Source: an uncultured virus (IMG/VR IMGVR_UViG_3300010365_000310)
Lineage: Duplodnaviria > Heunggongvirae > Uroviricota > Caudoviricetes
Direction: 5' to 3' (one strand)
DNA length: 64,000 nucleotides
Virus record (IMG/VR): IMGVR_UViG_3300010365_000310
Shown here: piece by piece, positions 36,362 to 45,737 of the stretch
How positions within the stretch are numbered: position 1 is the stretch's first letter
How the letters are laid out: every line of letters starts with the position of its first letter
The notes under the pieces: model-generated
What the model was told of the DNA's origin: nothing
The model's database searches: none
What the model saw: only the letters and a program-made list of their open reading frames with translations
Program-made: the position numbers and the translations under genes

Positions 36362-38949
36362 GTGATATTGAACGAGGTTATCAGGAAGTTGTCACCGAGT
36401 ATGATGACAAATATGAGGCAAACATCTGTAAGGAAAGGCAGCTTCCTGACCATCGAGATGGAATGCGAATGATTCAGCGTCGCATTTTTTGGGTATTCTT
36501 GAGTATGTCAAGAGAACGCAGATTTAACTTGACTAAGTCTGCTAGTATCGTTGGTGATACAATAAAGCTGCACCCGCACGGCGATTGTCTTAAAGGTGAT
36601 ACTATTGTTTATACACTAGATGGAGTTCCCAAAACCATTGAAGACTTATTCAAATCCGGTGTTGAATTTCAATGGGTGTTAGCCTACGATATTAAAACTA
36701 GGAAATTTAAACCAGTCAAGGCTCACTCATTTAGAATTGGTCAAAGAACTAAAGAAACTGTTAAAATATATCTTAGTGACGAGACCCATATTGAGTGTAG
36801 TTTTGAACATCCAATTCTAGTAAAGGGCGAGAAATGGATACTAGCAAAAGATTTAAAAGCTGGCATGCCAATAACTGGTGGTATTATAACTGATTCAAGT
36901 TATCCAATGATAAAGTCAAAATATTTTGACGAATTAAGTGAATCTTTACATTATGTGGTTTCCCCGAGCTCTGGTGAATATGATGTTTTACATCACAAGG
37001 ATTTTAATTCTAAAAATAATATGCCGGATAATCATGTGTGGTTAACCAGAGGGGAACATGCGAAATTACATGGTGATTATAAAATCGGTTTAGAACTGGG
37101 CCGAAAATCTATGTTCTCCGAAGATGGCAAATATTATGATGCAATTAAAGAAAAGAATATACGTCTGTGTAGTTTAGCATCCGAGAAACTTGGACTTTAT
37201 AAGGCATTTCAGGTTTTAAAATTGATTAAGGAAAGTTCTCTAGATCTCACTATGGAGAATTATTCTATTTTCAGGCTTAAAACCTATAACGGACCTTACA
37301 TACAATCATTAATCAAAAGAAATCTGATTACTAATTTCGAAGATTTAGTTTTCCAGTTTGAGAATTATAAAGGTACAAACACGGATTCGTGTAAAGGCCT
37401 GACTAGATCTTTATATGAACCTAGACCATACATCAAAAGAGACACCAATGACGCAGTGAGAAATGGTGTTTTAAAAAGATTTGGTCAGGTTCTGGAATTA
37501 GTACATTTAGAACATGGTAAGATAACTAAAGATCTTTATCAAGAAACAAGAAAAATCGTTAATTCAAGTACCAAACGAGATATCTTCAAAAGAAATTCTC
37601 CAACATTAGAAACATTGAATAAGATGTTTAATTCTTTTGAAAATGCTATTAAAGAAGTTCCGGCTGATTCTTATCTTTCAGTTAAAGATATTGAAATAAT
37701 TCGTTATAATGAAGATGTACCTCTTTATGATTTTACCGTGGACACTTATGAAAATATGGCAATTTTAACCAATGGAAGCGATGGCATAAATAAGACTTTT
37801 ATGATTGTACATAATAGTTCAATTTATGATTCATTGGTTAACGAGGTGAATTCCGTGGCCGGGCTGCTTAAAGGTAAAGGTAACTGGGGGGATAAATCTT
37901 GCAGTCTCCCTAGCAAACCGGCTAAAATGCGATACACCGAATGTAAGTTAAACAAGGAAGCCGATGCCTTTTTTAAATACACTCCTTATGCCGAAATGAT
38001 CATGGGGGAAAACAATGAACCAGAACCAGCGTTCTTGCCAGTGCCTTTTCCCTATGCATTGATTGGCGGATTTTTTGGACTTTCAAAATCAGGTAGGACA
38101 TTAACTCCATCATATAAGATGAGTGATTTACACAAGAGGCTTGTTTACCTTATCAAGGGCGATAAGTCTGGCAAGGGTCCTATAATTAAGCCATGGTTCG
38201 GAATCAATCTTCCTATGAAGGGAGATTTCGAAGACCTACTTACTAAGGGAGCTGGGCAGGTTTCAATTGAACCAGATTTGGATATCGATGAAAAGAACGA
38301 GAAAATAACCATCAAAGCATTCTGTCCAGATATGACCAATGTAGGTGCCAAATTAGAAAAGATGTCTATTCATCCCAAGTTTGGTAAATACATTGAAATA
38401 ACAGATCTGTCTGCAAAGAAGAATGAAATCATAGTTGAATATAAAACTAAGTATATGAAGAATGTTGACATTCCTTTTGATAAACTTTGTGAGTTCGTTA
38501 AAAAAGAATTTACGCATCTTAATACTTATAACATGATGACATACTTTGATTTTAAAGATTATCCTAAAGTATCAGTTGATGGTTGGCTTTTGGATAACTT
38601 TAAACAGATTTTAACGTTCAGGCAAAAAGAGATTGAAGAAGCAATCAAAGCTCTCAAATCAAAAATAAGTCTTAATGAAGCCATACTTAAAATTAGACCT
38701 CTTATTCAAGCATGGTTAAACAAGTACAAGAAATTTACTCATGAAATCATAGAAGAATTAAAAGTTGAAATCGGTAAATTACTTAACGATAAAGAACTAA
38801 CATCTAAAGTTTTACAAATCAGCATCATGAAATTGCTTGATTGTGAAATTGATAATGAAACATTACACAAAGAAATAAAATCTCTAGAGACCGTTAATAC
38901 ACCGGAAGAACGTCAAAAGAATATTCTTGCTTGGATGGAGACATTATAA
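36358..38949 (+). CDS. Type IIA topoisomerase breakage-reunion subunit (GyrA / T4 gp52-like) with intein
   Basis: RQLPD.RDG...QRR, KSA..VG, HPHGD|S, GKGNWG, AKMRYTE; 453-aa extein. Confidence 0.92.
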   Translation: MSDIERGYQEVVTEYDDKYEANICKERQLPDHRDGMRMIQRRIFWVFLSMSRERRFNLTKSASIVGDTIKLHPHGDCLKGDTIVYTLDGVPKTIEDLFKSGVEFQWVLAYDIKTRKFKPVKAHSFRIGQRTKETVKIYLSDETHIECSFEHPILVKGEKWILAKDLKAGMPITGGIITDSSYPMIKSKYFDELSESLHYVVSPSSGEYDVLHHKDFNSKNNMPDNHVWLTRGEHAKLHGDYKIGLELGRKSMFSEDGKYYDAIKEKNIRLCSLASEKLGLYKAFQVLKLIKESSLDLTMENYSIFRLKTYNGPYIQSLIKRNLITNFEDLVFQFENYKGTNTDSCKGLTRSLYEPRPYIKRDTNDAVRNGVLKRFGQVLELVHLEHGKITKDLYQETRKIVNSSTKRDIFKRNSPTLETLNKMFNSFENAIKEVPADSYLSVKDIEIIRYNEDVPLYDFTVDTYENMAILTNGSDGINKTFMIVHNSSIYDSLVNEVNSVAGLLKGKGNWGDKSCSLPSKPAKMRYTECKLNKEADAFFKYTPYAEMIMGENNEPEPAFLPVPFPYALIGGFFGLSKSGRTLTPSYKMSDLHKRLVYLIKGDKSGKGPIIKPWFGINLPMKGDFEDLLTKGAGQVSIEPDLDIDEKNEKITIKAFCPDMTNVGAKLEKMSIHPKFGKYIEITDLSAKKNEIIVEYKTKYMKNVDIPFDKLCEFVKKEFTHLNTYNMMTYFDFKDYPKVSVDGWLLDNFKQILTFRQKEIEEAIKALKSKISLNEAILKIRPLIQAWLNKYKKFTHEIIEELKVEIGKLLNDKELTSKVLQISIMKLLDCEIDNETLHKEIKSLETVNTPEERQKNILAWMETL
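36586..37815 (+). mobile_element. Contiguous intein (410 aa) with HNH endonuclease
   Basis: CLKGDT start, block B SFEHPIL, HHKDFNSKNN.PDN...EHAKLH, LYDFTVD, IVHN|S end. Confidence 0.93.
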
Positions 38950-39197
38950 TGATATTCTGTTTTCCTCAGATGTTTAGACCACACATAGAAAATTCTGATC
39001 TCAAGCGCCCTCCCGATTATTGTGATTATGATCGGGAAGAGTATCCAAATTTTCACATCTTTATGATGCTTCATTTGGAGAACGAGATTCGAATAGATGA
39101 CTTAAAGGATAATGCCAACATCATAGCATCAATCGATTCTGATAAAATTAAAACAATGAAAATTCAAGACTTCATAGAACTGGGTGTTAATATTTAA
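38931..39197 (+). CDS. Small hypothetical protein
   Basis: ORF track, operon packing. Confidence 0.5.
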   Translation: MDGDIIMIFCFPQMFRPHIENSDLKRPPDYCDYDREEYPNFHIFMMLHLENEIRIDDLKDNANIIASIDSDKIKTMKIQDFIELGVNI

Positions 39198-39209
39198 AGG
39201 AGAAATACT

Positions 39210-41063
39210 TTGAAAGAAAAAGATTGTATTGTAAGCGTGCCGGTTACTCTTGTGCCATTTTTGCAAAATAATGATGGTACTCGAATGCAGATGGCTTCAA
39301 ACCAGATGCGGCAATCACTGGACATCTATCATAGTGAACACCCTTTGGTTGAAACTGGTCTTGAAAGATTCTACCTCAACCATTCTGATTTATGTTTGAT
39401 TGCACCTAAAGACGGTGTTATCCTTGATGTTCAAAAAGATTATGTGGTTATGAAACTTGATGAAAAAGAATTCGGAGTATCAGATATCAAGTTAATACCT
39501 GCTGATAAATATTCTTATCAAATATTTCCAGTACCAGGTCAAAGAGTTCGAAAAGGGGATATACTCGGTAAGGTCCCGAGATTCAACAATAGTTCATTCA
39601 AGAGTATTCTTAATGGAACCAATCTTCTAACCGGTATCAACTCGTATTATGGATTCAACTATGAAGATGCCGTTATCATATCTGAAGGTTGTCAGGAAAA
39701 GCTTTCCCATCAAGAAACAATCATAGAAATGATTTCATTCAGCAATAAGCAGGTTCCCCTGAGCTTGAGTGATGATCATTATATGCCCTTCCTTGAACCG
39801 GGAACCCAGATCAAAACTGGTGATCTTCTTTGCTTAATCAAGAATAGTGATTTGACTAACATCAATGAATTGATTACACCACCGATTGAAAAACGTTCTA
39901 CTTGTAATGGTGTGGTTGATAGAGTTGATGTTTATATCAATAACTATCATGATTCAACCAGAGAGCTTTCGTTCTACCTCAATCAAAAATATAATCATAA
40001 CATGATGGAATTAGATGCATCAATAAAAAGGATTGTTAAAGCTTATAATGCTTATAACACCGGTGATCCAATTAAAGATGAAAACATTCCAGCTCATGTA
40101 ATTAATGAAATTCAGTATTTGACTGGACTCACTCAAAGATCAAAGTGGAAATATAAGAATGTTGAAATTAATGTTCTTGTTAAGTACACGATTAATAAGA
40201 AAAGTGAGTTCAATATTGGTGATAAGGTTGCTAATCGGCATGGTAATAAGGGCATCAATCCTTTGATATTATCCAATAATGATATGCCGAAGATTCAGGG
40301 TAAGCCTCTTGATGTTATTATTAACACAATGGGCATCCCCGGTCGTATGAATCTCGGCCAGGTTTATGAAATGTATGTATCTAATGTGGTCAATAAAGTT
40401 AGAACCATTAGTAAAGTTCTTGTGTCAGCTGGTAAAGAGCACGAAGCGAGAGAGTTCATCAAAGACTTTTATCGAACTATTGATAAAACTGATGAGCAGT
40501 ACATCTTTAGAGGTGTTAACTATAACAAGGATATTAATCACCTTATTCAAGGTCTGTCATTCATAGCTCCCCCATTTGATTCACCGGATGTGTATGAATT
40601 ACAGAAGATCACTACGAAGTATAAGGTTCAAACCATATATGATGTTTTTGATCCAGCATCGGGTGGTACACTAAAGATGCCAGTAGGTTACATGTTCTGG
40701 GAAAAACTACATCACCTATCCGAAGAAAAGATCACTGGTAGATCGGTTGGTGGTTACAATAAGAAAACCATGCAACCACTATCAGGTAAGAAGATGAAGG
40801 GTGGTCAGAAGTTTGGTGAAATGGAAGTTTGGGCATTGTTGGCTCACGACACGGATATACTCCTGAAAGAAACTCTTGGGGTTAAATCAGATGATGTTGA
40901 ATCTAAAAATAAGATTCTTCAGAATATCATTGACACTGGTCGAGCTAACTTTACTCAATGTTCCAATAAGTCAACTGAAACATTCTTGTCTTATCTCCAA
41001 TCAGTCGGGTTAAACTTTGAAGAAGTTGAGGAAGAAGTCAATGAGCCAACTGAAAAGAGTTAA
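39210..41063 (+). CDS. rpoB: RNAP beta subunit, C-terminal half
   Basis: LVPFLQNND..RMQM.SNQMRQ, GFNYEDA, GDKVANRHGNKG, PGRMNLGQ, KLHH, GGQKFGEMEVWAL. Confidence 0.95.
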   Translation: MKEKDCIVSVPVTLVPFLQNNDGTRMQMASNQMRQSLDIYHSEHPLVETGLERFYLNHSDLCLIAPKDGVILDVQKDYVVMKLDEKEFGVSDIKLIPADKYSYQIFPVPGQRVRKGDILGKVPRFNNSSFKSILNGTNLLTGINSYYGFNYEDAVIISEGCQEKLSHQETIIEMISFSNKQVPLSLSDDHYMPFLEPGTQIKTGDLLCLIKNSDLTNINELITPPIEKRSTCNGVVDRVDVYINNYHDSTRELSFYLNQKYNHNMMELDASIKRIVKAYNAYNTGDPIKDENIPAHVINEIQYLTGLTQRSKWKYKNVEINVLVKYTINKKSEFNIGDKVANRHGNKGINPLILSNNDMPKIQGKPLDVIINTMGIPGRMNLGQVYEMYVSNVVNKVRTISKVLVSAGKEHEAREFIKDFYRTIDKTDEQYIFRGVNYNKDINHLIQGLSFIAPPFDSPDVYELQKITTKYKVQTIYDVFDPASGGTLKMPVGYMFWEKLHHLSEEKITGRSVGGYNKKTMQPLSGKKMKGGQKFGEMEVWALLAHDTDILLKETLGVKSDDVESKNKILQNIIDTGRANFTQCSNKSTETFLSYLQSVGLNFEEVEEEVNEPTEKS

Positions 41064-41481
41064 GATATATACCGATGGTGCATGTAGCGGCAACCCAGGC
41101 CCTGGAGGATGGGCCTGTTTACTTAAATATGGTGAGAACGAAAAGTTGTATTCAGGTTCAGACGAGAATACAACCAATAATCAAATGGAGTTGGTAGCGG
41201 TCATTGAGGGCTTGACCAGCCTTAAAGAACGTTGTCATGTAACTGTGTATGCTGATAGTCAGTATGTGACCAATGCTTTTAATAGAGGCTGGTTGAAGAA
41301 CTGGGAAAATAACGGGTGGAGAACTAAAGACCGCTCCCCACTTAAGAATAAAGAACTCTGGATGATTCTTTTGGAATTGACTAAAGAGCATGAAGTAGAG
41401 TTCGTTCATGTTCTTGGTCATAATGGTGATCCAGATAATGAAAGAGTTGATAAGGCAGCCAGAGCTCAGATTAAGAGATAA
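41041..41481 (+). CDS. rnhA: Ribonuclease HI
   Basis: YTDGACSGNPGPGG, TTNNQMEL, DSQY, GH...NERVD. Confidence 0.95.
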   Translation: MSQLKRVKIYTDGACSGNPGPGGWACLLKYGENEKLYSGSDENTTNNQMELVAVIEGLTSLKERCHVTVYADSQYVTNAFNRGWLKNWENNGWRTKDRSPLKNKELWMILLELTKEHEVEFVHVLGHNGDPDNERVDKAARAQIKR

Positions 41482-41630
41482 CATTACTTCTAGTTAAACT
41501 ACTCTTAGGCAATTGTTTTCTCATTCTAATATAAAAGTATTATGAATTATATTCAATGAAAAATATTCGAAATTGTAACATAAGCTTATATAAAAAATGA
41601 TAAGACAAAAAATTGAAGGAGAACACTCAA

Positions 41631-42488
41631 ATGACTACTACCAATAATAACATCGTGATCGTAAACCTCAAAGCAACTGAAAACGCAACCATGGTTGAAA
41701 AGCTTCGCGGTAAGCTTGGTGCTGCCGTTGATTATATCACCATCTTTGCATTTCAGGCTGGTTCAGAACCTCTCATGTATCGTGCTCATGACAAGCAGAA
41801 AAAGGTATTCGTTGAATATCCAAGATTCAATCTGATTACCACTCCGAATGCAATTTACCTTTACCTCAAACGTGAAGGTGAAAGCATGCCGAGTGCTTGC
41901 TACAAGATCAAAAAGAGTGACTGCCCGGTAAGACTCGTGAGCGAAGAGATCAACAAATACATCAATGAAACCGTTGATAATAAAGCTTTCCTTGAATCGG
42001 AACTCACCAATGAAACGATTGTTGTATTTGACAATCTCAAAGCTGGTGTCCTGATTAAGACCGTTGAAAAGGATAAAGCAAAAGCCGAAAATATGCAGGG
42101 TAGCACAACCTATGCAAGAATGTTTGATCTTATCAGAGAAAAGCTGAACGAAGTAGTGGATTCTGGTTATTTGGATCTGCTCAATAAGACATGTGTAATG
42201 ATGTGGCAGACTTTCAATGATACCAAGAATCTGAACTTCGAACCGCTTGAATTGGTCATCGAAAAGGTTAAAGAACCAAAGAAGACCAAAGAAGCTACAA
42301 CCGAAACTAAACCCCAGGCAACAAAAAAGGTTAAGGAAGTAAAAGAAAAACCCGTCGCAACCCCCGAAGCCGAATTTGTAAAACCCGAAAATACTCCGGT
42401 GCTTGAAAACATTTATGATGAACAGAAGGGCGCCGAAGAAGTAAAGGTTGATGAAGCCGCGGTACAGGCTGTAGTTGATAGTATTTAA
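41631..42488 (+). CDS. Hypothetical protein with K/E/P-rich tail
   Basis: AAGGAG RBS; follows an AT-rich intergenic gap. Confidence 0.65.
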   Translation: MTTTNNNIVIVNLKATENATMVEKLRGKLGAAVDYITIFAFQAGSEPLMYRAHDKQKKVFVEYPRFNLITTPNAIYLYLKREGESMPSACYKIKKSDCPVRLVSEEINKYINETVDNKAFLESELTNETIVVFDNLKAGVLIKTVEKDKAKAENMQGSTTYARMFDLIREKLNEVVDSGYLDLLNKTCVMMWQTFNDTKNLNFEPLELVIEKVKEPKKTKEATTETKPQATKKVKEVKEKPVATPEAEFVKPENTPVLENIYDEQKGAEEVKVDEAAVQAVVDSI

Positions 42489-42499
42489 TTAGTGTTCTA

Positions 42500-42527
42500 G
42501 GGGGATAAGAGATTATCCCCCTTAATT
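42500..42527 (+). terminator. Hairpin / probable terminator
   Basis: GGGGGATAA-GAGA-TTATCCCCC perfect stem. Confidence 0.6.
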
Positions 42528-42544
42528 ATCTTGAAGGAGCTATA

Positions 42545-43156
42545 ATGAATCTTAAACCTTTTGTCAATGATTTTAATCAAGAAGAAGTTCTCAATAAAGT
42601 CGAAGAGAAGTTTGCTGAAATCTTGAAACTTCTTAGACTAGAAGAAGTAGTTGATAATGTTCATCTTGATGGAACTCCCAGAAGAGTTGCTAAGATGTAC
42701 ATCAATGAATTGTTTGAAGGTTGCTACCATCTACCGCCGAATGTTAAAAAGTTTCATGATGAAAATGCAACACCAGTAATCAACAGTAATATCACAATTA
42801 AGTCAATTTGTGCTCATCACTTTGTACCATTCTATGGTAAAGCATCCATTTACTATATTCCTCAGAATGGTCTTATCACCGGTCTTTCTAAGTTTTCAAG
42901 AGTATCCGATTACTTTTCAAGAAGGCCTCAGATTCAGGAAAATCTTACCAGGCAGATCGGAAGATTTTTCGTTGAAGAATTAAAGCCTCTTGAATTCATC
43001 ATTGCCATTAAAGCTAAGCATATGTGCATTTGTCATCGAGGTGCTAATGAAGATAACCCAGTAACGGAAACATTCTGGTCATATTCAAAACACACCGGTG
43101 AAGCAGATTTCCAAAAAATTCAGTATGTTCTCAATACAATTGATTATAAAGGATAA
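42545..43156 (+). CDS. folE: GTP cyclohydrolase I
   Basis: TPRRVAKMY, SICAHHFVPF, GLSK, RRPQIQE, HMC. Confidence 0.93.
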   Translation: MNLKPFVNDFNQEEVLNKVEEKFAEILKLLRLEEVVDNVHLDGTPRRVAKMYINELFEGCYHLPPNVKKFHDENATPVINSNITIKSICAHHFVPFYGKASIYYIPQNGLITGLSKFSRVSDYFSRRPQIQENLTRQIGRFFVEELKPLEFIIAIKAKHMCICHRGANEDNPVTETFWSYSKHTGEADFQKIQYVLNTIDYKG

Positions 43157-43159
43157 ACT

Positions 43160-43774
43160 ATGACTTGTGAAATATGTGATAAAGTAAAGAACGAAGCAAT
43201 TGAAGCAATGATGAAAGGCCTTGGTGGTGAAGGAGCAGAATGTTCTGATGCAACTCCTGATGAAATGGCTGAACTCATGAATGCCATGATGGGAGCTTTC
43301 TCCGGTATGGGTAAACCCCAGAAGCTTGAAATCATTCTTAAGAAAACTCATGAGAATGCCAAGCTGCCCGAATATATGACCGTGGGGGCATCTGGTTTTG
43401 ATATTTATACCCCGATTGCTTTCAGTCTTGCTCCTTGCCAGAGGATTATGATTGATACTGGTTTGGATTTTCTTGACATTCCCAAAGGTTGGGAGATTCA
43501 GGTGAGATCAAGATCCGGGCTGGCCGTAAAAGATGGCATCATTGTTCTGAATGCCCCTGGTACTATTGATGACGACTATCGTGGCAAGCTCGGAGTTATC
43601 CTTTACAATTCAGGGGATAAGACTAAAGAATTTAATGTCGGTGATAGAATTGCTCAGGGTGTCTTTATGCCCACTTTCAGATGTGAATTGAGATTTGGTG
43701 ACGAATCAGATCTTAATAGAACCGAACGCGATGCTGGTGGCTTCGGATCAACGGATAAATCAAAAGATGCATAA
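43160..43774 (+). CDS. dut: Trimeric dUTPase with N-terminal extension
   Basis: ASGFD, RSG, GTIDDDYRG, RIAQ, R..GGFGST. Confidence 0.95.
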   Translation: MTCEICDKVKNEAIEAMMKGLGGEGAECSDATPDEMAELMNAMMGAFSGMGKPQKLEIILKKTHENAKLPEYMTVGASGFDIYTPIAFSLAPCQRIMIDTGLDFLDIPKGWEIQVRSRSGLAVKDGIIVLNAPGTIDDDYRGKLGVILYNSGDKTKEFNVGDRIAQGVFMPTFRCELRFGDESDLNRTERDAGGFGSTDKSKDA

Positions 43775-44054
43775 GTACGGCGGAAGGGACATTCAAGAAA
43801 TTGTTGATCGTAAAGATTGGCAAGATCTTAGATTATCACTCATTGGTACATGGGCAAGCCAATCCGATGAAAATGTAAAGAAGCTAAGAAAGTTTCTTGG
43901 ACCTATTCAAACAACCGAACTCGATAAATTAATTATTGTATATAACTATCTTACCGGAACTGCATTCAGAACTGGTAGAATCAAAAGTGCAAACATTGAT
44001 AGGTTGAGAGAAGAAGTCAAACAAGAACTTCTTAGGCGCCGTAAAGAAGAATAA
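43695..44054 (+). CDS. Small hypothetical protein (start uncertain)
   Basis: ORF track. Confidence 0.5.
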   Translation: MVTNQILIEPNAMLVASDQRINQKMHKYGGRDIQEIVDRKDWQDLRLSLIGTWASQSDENVKKLRKFLGPIQTTELDKLIIVYNYLTGTAFRTGRIKSANIDRLREEVKQELLRRRKEE

Positions 44055-44058
44055 CTAC

Positions 44059-44102
44059 AGCCCCTTATGTAATAAAAAATACTTTATATTACATAAGGAG
44101 CT
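44059..44102 (+). promoter_or_regulatory. Inverted repeat covering the RBS of the next gene
   Basis: CCTTATGTAATA (44063-74) / TATTACATAAGG (44087-98); the right arm overlaps AAGGAG. Confidence 0.65.
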
Positions 44103-44107
44103 TTCCA

Positions 44108-44398
44108 ATGGAATCTATTTTCGAAAAATCAAATGAAGAAATTCTGGCCCATGTTAAAAAACTTGATCGCAAAGCCCTCAAAGAACTTTGTGATTCAGCT
44201 TCACTGAGAAACGTAGTGAAACTGGTTGCAATTCTCAATGATGACTATAAAGCTCAAGTTGAAGAATTTTTGGGCAAGAAGAAAAACAAGAGCGCTGGTG
44301 TGAGATCAAGAAACATTACCGGTAATCTTGAAACTGTCTTCATGGTTTGGAGAAAAAAGAGTATTGAAGCTACTAAGAACCCCGCGCTCTTAGACTAA
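44108..44398 (+). CDS. Hc1 / histone-H1-like family small protein
   Basis: KNKSAGVRSR...LE.....WRKKS matches the GNKAAGTRARK...RK.S pattern. Confidence 0.6.
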   Translation: MESIFEKSNEEILAHVKKLDRKALKELCDSASLRNVVKLVAILNDDYKAQVEEFLGKKKNKSAGVRSRNITGNLETVFMVWRKKSIEATKNPALLD

Positions 44399-44414
44399 GT
44401 TTCTTTATTCAAGA

Positions 44415-44451
44415 ATGGGGATTACTTTAATTGGTGATCCCCATATTTTTC
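44415..44451 (+). terminator. Probable intrinsic terminator
   Basis: ATGGGGATTAC...GTGATCCCCAT stem followed by a T run. Confidence 0.7.
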
Positions 44452-44472
44452 ACATTAAGAAGGAGCATTTAA

Positions 44473-45324
44473 ATGCATACAATTTATAATACCCATACCG
44501 GAGCTTTCCAGTATGGAGCAACTCTTTCCAGATCCACCATGAATTTGAGCATGGCAAAGAGTTTGAATCCAAATATCAAACCCAATGAAATCACCAAGGG
44601 AATGAAACTATACGACTGGGATAAAGCTTTGTGGTTTTCTCTCAATGTAAATGAGTGTATGAAACTTATGATGTGGTGGGAATCTGCTGCAGGGAATCCG
44701 GCTGCTCATGATACACCATTCCATCTGATTCATAAATCTAATAATGGAAACTCATTTTTTGATTTCCATAAGTATAACAACGTATACTACGCAACCATTT
44801 CCACCAGTAAAGAAAATCGAGTTCAAATGGCTCTTAAAGATGATGAACTCAGATTGTTCTTGAAAGCAGTGAACTGGGTATGTAATGAAATGATCATGAT
44901 GACGGATGTACTTAAAGAAATGGGTAAGATTACTAAGGGTAATAGCTCATTCAATCCGGGTAATGATCAGAATGGTAAACCATGGCAAAATTCCAATCAG
45001 GGTGGAAATAATAACTACAATCGCAATAATGGCGATGGTGAATATGGTTATGACCAGGGTGGTGGGTATGATCAGGGGGCTCAGTCTTATGCACCTCCGT
45101 CTGCTCCAACTAATGCTTATGCACCTCCGCCACCACCTCCGGGTAATGGTTATGCTCCTCCTCAGCCGCCTAATAACTTTGCTCCGCCACCACCGCCCCC
45201 GGGTAATGGCTATAATGCACCACCTGCACCACCAATGAACCAGGCTCCTCAGCAGCAAAATAATCAGCAGCAAAGACCGGCTGCACCGCCTCCTCCTAGA
45301 TCTATTGATAACATTACTATTTAA
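44473..45324 (+). CDS. Putative ssDNA-binding-type protein with long G/N/P/Q-rich tail
   Basis: Globular ~155-aa N-terminus then low-complexity tail; SSB role inferred from architecture only. Confidence 0.45.
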   Translation: MHTIYNTHTGAFQYGATLSRSTMNLSMAKSLNPNIKPNEITKGMKLYDWDKALWFSLNVNECMKLMMWWESAAGNPAAHDTPFHLIHKSNNGNSFFDFHKYNNVYYATISTSKENRVQMALKDDELRLFLKAVNWVCNEMIMMTDVLKEMGKITKGNSSFNPGNDQNGKPWQNSNQGGNNNYNRNNGDGEYGYDQGGGYDQGAQSYAPPSAPTNAYAPPPPPPGNGYAPPQPPNNFAPPPPPPGNGYNAPPAPPMNQAPQQQNNQQQRPAAPPPPRSIDNITI

Positions 45325-45339
45325 AGTAACATATTCCTC

Positions 45340-45370
45340 GCCCCTTAGAAATATTCTAGGGGCATTTTCT
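45340..45370 (+). terminator. Probable intrinsic terminator
   Basis: GCCCCTTAGAA-ATA-TTCTAGGGGC then ATTTTCT. Confidence 0.6.
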
Positions 45371-45389
45371 ACGTTTAAAGGAGAATGTT

Positions 45390-45737
45390 ATGTACGGAGA
45401 AATCAAACTTAAAGACACTTTGATGAATGAAAATCTGGTTCGAAGATTTGAAAAATCAACCAAGCTCAAGGCCGCAATTAAAAACATGATGATTGAACAT
45501 CAAAAAGATACGGATGATATCTGGGCGGAAGTGTTTTCATATTTTCCGGAATTGAAAAATGATAAACTTTCTTGTGTGATTGATATAAGTCAAGATGATA
45601 CCGGGAAATACTTTCGAATTGTTGTCAATGGGGCAGATACGGAATTAATCTCCAAGCTTGAACATATCGCCCTGACCAATTCCGGTAACGATAAATATGA
45701 GATCAGATTTGAACAGATTAGATCCGAGGAATCATAA
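45390..45737 (+). CDS. Hypothetical protein
   Basis: AAGGAG RBS. Confidence 0.55.
   Translation: MYGEIKLKDTLMNENLVRRFEKSTKLKAAIKNMMIEHQKDTDDIWAEVFSYFPELKNDKLSCVIDISQDDTGKYFRIVVNGADTELISKLEHIALTNSGNDKYEIRFEQIRSEES

Noticed and set aside
43160..43774. AR9/PBS-like uracil-containing DNA
   Set aside because: An intact dUTPase argues against dU-DNA.
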